From positions 494,775,127 through 494,839,126 of the forward strand of contig NC_058132.1 of the NCBI RefSeq assembly GCF_016433145.1: a stretch of DNA of 64,000 nucleotides, written 5' to 3'. A program made the translations under genes and the position numbers. Every line of letters begins with the position of its first letter. The first letter of the stretch is position 1. The DNA comes from Gracilinanus agilis. Its lineage: Eukaryota. Below are positions 60,756 to 64,000 of this stretch, piece by piece. The notes beneath the pieces were generated by a model, which was not told the origin of the DNA, ran no database searches, and was given only the letters and a program-made list of their open reading frames with translations.

Positions 60756-61729
60756 GACAGATAATATTGTCTGACTAATAATAAATGTTTCTTCCCACGT
60801 ATTGTAAATGGCCTCTTAAAACTTGAATTCGTTAGAGAGAACCCTTTGCAACCACATCATACATTGCTCCTATATCTACTCCATGGGAATAATTCACAAT
60901 TCTATTGTCAGAATCTTAGGGACCTTTTTTAGATTACACTTGTTCCATCTTTTTTTTTTTCTATTACAGTATGTGAGAAAACAGTGATTTTTGTAGGACT
61001 AAGAGAAAGGCCTTCAATACCATTATAATTCTCCTTGCGCTAGTAAACCTGTCTGTCCACCTGAACAATCTGAAATATCCTCAGCACTTATTCTGGGTCT
61101 GAGCAAGGGGTTAGGCAGCTAAACTGACTGTTGCTACATCTAAATACTGCTTTAAAAAAAAAAAAAAACCTAAGACTTGTCTACAGAAGTTCACACTGTT
61201 ACTCTAGGTACCTCACAAGAGATATATCCCAGATAGGACAATTCTCAGATATAAAAACTTCATAGCAGAAGAAAAATTTCATCTCTCCAGAGGAACAGAA
61301 CAAAGAAAAATTACTGAGGCCCACTGCAACAGAATAGAAGTGGAAATAATTAACTAGAACCAGAGTTTGTAGGTTTAAGATGCAAATTCCCTTGCTTCTC
61401 CAACTCATTTCTTCAAGGCACAAAGTAGATTAGTCATGCCTTAGAACTTGCAGAAGCTGTTAAAAATGTCTTATGGACTTTTTTTGCAAATATTTTCTTT
61501 TCCTCTGTGTTCCGGAATCAGATAGATGTAAAACTTAATATCACTCTCTTGTTAATGAATGATGCTGTCTCTGAAAATGGAAAGAATCTTAGGGAACTGT
61601 TTGTAGCATCTTTCTGGGCTATTTAAATAATTCAAATGAGTAACAATGACTAAAGCAGGACACGGAGGCTGAGTTGGGCTGAGTGATCCTGTGGCAATTG
61701 TTCTTGGAAGGTATTATGGTCCAATAGGA

Positions 61730-61890
61730 AAATGTTGAAAGCCTGGTTTAAATACTACCTTTTCTACATCCTACCTGTGTAATCTTGGGCAAGTCACTAA
61801 AGCTTTGTGGTCATCATCTTCCTTATGTATAAATGAGAGGTTTGTAGTAGGTAACCTCCATAGCACTTCAAGCTCTAACTATATGATTAT
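61730..61890 (+). mobile_element. MIR
   Basis: tgtgtaatcttgggcaagtcact. Confidence 0.7.
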
Positions 61891-62579
61891 ATTGATAATA
61901 TTTACATGAGTGATACATGTAGATATTGATATCACTTAATCAGAATTTGAATTTTAAAAAGGGTGATATCAGGTCAAGGTAAGATCTTGACCTTAAACCA
62001 ACTGAGAATATTTATTTCCTTGCTCCTATATCTGGTCAAAGAAAACTCTAGATCTGAACATCTCTGATAAAGTTTCCTATTCAGTAACATCAAAACATTT
62101 CATAAACACATTGCCCTGTGCCTTAAAAATGTGCCATAATTTTATAAACAGAAAATTTGAGAAACAAAGTTAAATGATCTGTTCCAACTCTCACAGAAAA
62201 TTAGTGACTGATGAGACAGAATTTCTGCTCCTACTTTCCCTAGTGTGGCATTATAAAGACTTCTTTAAGGCAGTAACTTTATCACATTTTGTTTCATATA
62301 CCTGACATCACCTAGCAAAGCACTGTGGAGATAACAGAAATTTTGAAACTGTTGAATGTTGAAGAAATGTCATATATACTGTAGACTCCAAATTTTAAGG
62401 TCTATTTTATAAACCTCTTTAAATGTTTTGTAAGGGCCAAATTATAGACTAAAATAAACCAATTTTAATTTATAGGAATTTTGGTTTTGGTGGGGTCTTT
62501 TTTGTGTGTGTGTGTTATGCCTCACTTTTACAAATAATCAGTTGATGAAGGAAGTCATGTCACATGGAGGTAGTCATTC

Positions 62580-64000
62580 TAAATTCTAAGCATTGTGTCA
62601 CTGTCCTTCCTCTTAATTTTACAATATGGTTTCTTACCATTCCTAAAATCAACTTATCTCTGCTTCTAGGCCTTCTCCTACTACCCTAAATTGTCTCTGG
62701 ATACCCATTCAATTCTACTCCTTGGGTGGGATATCCTGGTAAGCACAGCCCTTGATCAATGAAGGTGGTCTTTTCATTAGAAGGTTGATATTTCTCACCA
62801 TAGACACAGACATCCTCCCATCATGGGAGAGTTACTTAATGACACTCTTTCATTTGTTTTTCTAGGGTGAGATTCCCTCCCCTCATTAAAGGGATTAAAG
62901 AAAGCCATTTCTTTTCTCTATTTACCATTGAGCTCTATGAGAGTAAATCACTATCTTTTCTGTTTTCCACTTTCTCTCTCTTTACTTAATCTATATTACT
63001 TTGTATTATTCTTCCCCTCCTCCCACCTCTTCTTCACTCCTCAATGAATGATTTATAGATGAGCACTGGTTTAATTCATAGAACTTATCACTTTCAGTTT
63101 TCTTTCTCTTGTTTCTTTAAGATTCTCTTAAACTCTTATGCTCTTAAATCCTTTTTGTCCTTTAATGATCACCCTTTGTTTCTTCTTTTTTTTATTCAGT
63201 ACAACTTTTTATAAATTATTCAATAATCATGAGAAAATTGGTTTCATTAATTAGTCTTTTCTTGACAATTGTGCTAATTTAGCTTTTTTGTTTTTCTGTT
63301 CTTTTGACTATTTGAAGTAAAAAATTTGATTTACCTATGTTTTCTCCCTTACTGGAATGCTTCAAATACTTTTCTTTTATTGAAGGCTCATTTTTATTTT
63401 TATTTTTATTGGCTTAAAGTTGTGTTAAAATTTGAAACACTTTGCTTTCCAGAATAACTTATTACATTATTTTCTAATCTTCCCCATGAATATGGAATAA
63501 TTCTGACATTAGAACTGCTGTTTCTTTATAACTGGAGACCTTTCTCCTAGCTGTTTAAAAACACATTTTTAAAGCATTGGACTTAGGAAGTTTAACTGTA
63601 ACATTATTTGGAATTTCATACAAGGGATTTTTGTCAGTCAGTAATCAGTAGATCCAGTTAAAACTCTGAAATTTATACTTAAATATTATAGATAATTTTC
63701 TAATATTTCCTGCAGTAAATTATATAATTTTTGCTTATTTTATTTTTCTGGAAGACCTGTGACTTTTAAATTGTTTTGTTTTCAAGGCCATTTTCAATTA
63801 TGAAGACTTATGCATCTTTTAATTTTTTACTTTTAAATTCTTTTCTGATAGATTTTCTTCCATTTTGGTATTTTGGGTATTCTAACTTATTTTACTACAT
63901 TTTAGAGTTTCTACTTCTTTGGAGAGATTTTTCTCTCATGTGCTCTAAATTCCATATCATTTTTATATTCTTTAATTTGATATTGAAAATTATAGTTTCT
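62580..64000 (-). mobile_element. Old L1/HAL1 fragment (ORF1 and downstream), running off the window
   Basis: Minus strand 63776-63747 translates NNLKVTGLPE, matching the L1 ORF1p N(N)LRIIGLPE motif; many stops and frameshifts. Confidence 0.75.

Noticed and set aside
61928-61993. Two adjacent 8-bp inverted repeats, one with AGGTCA half-sites
   Set aside because: The IR11 spacing is not a standard nuclear-receptor element; short enough to be chance.
1-64000. CRISPR arrays, prokaryotic systems, rRNA, bona fide tRNA/snoRNA genes
   Set aside because: Mammalian DNA with no repeat-spacer periodicity; tRNA-like motifs are only SINE heads.

Overview
AT-rich, CpG-poor marsupial genomic DNA. The SINE1_Mdo-type SINEs, MAR1/MIR CORE-SINEs and marsupial L1/RTE ends point to a didelphid opossum such as Monodelphis domestica; these families are recognised from memory, not from a database search. 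I can support no protein-coding gene, RNA gene or CRISPR array. The listed ORFs are chance ORFs, microsatellite translations, transposon debris or N-run artefacts. Much of the window is transposable elements (L2, CR1/L3, L1, RTE, MIR/MAR1, SINE1_Mdo, hAT MITEs) and simple repeats, and there are four assembly gaps. The best structure the ORF track misses is an architecturally complete, apparently non-coding ERV1-like provirus on the minus strand at 400-4822. It has two TG..CA LTRs, a 4-bp TSD (TTAT), a PBS-like 18-mer, a leader splice donor and a PPT. It also carries a Chi-octamer/G4 array and nested L1, SINE and CTCF-motif-bearing hAT insertions. Transposon-poor blocks (about 9.0-9.45, 36.0-36.5, 38.2-42.4 and 46.3-46.5 kb) look regulatory and hold several unassigned candidate small exons, so this may be an intron or 5' region of a large gene. 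I see no evidence for a wholly new biological system. Boundaries of old repeats are approximate.
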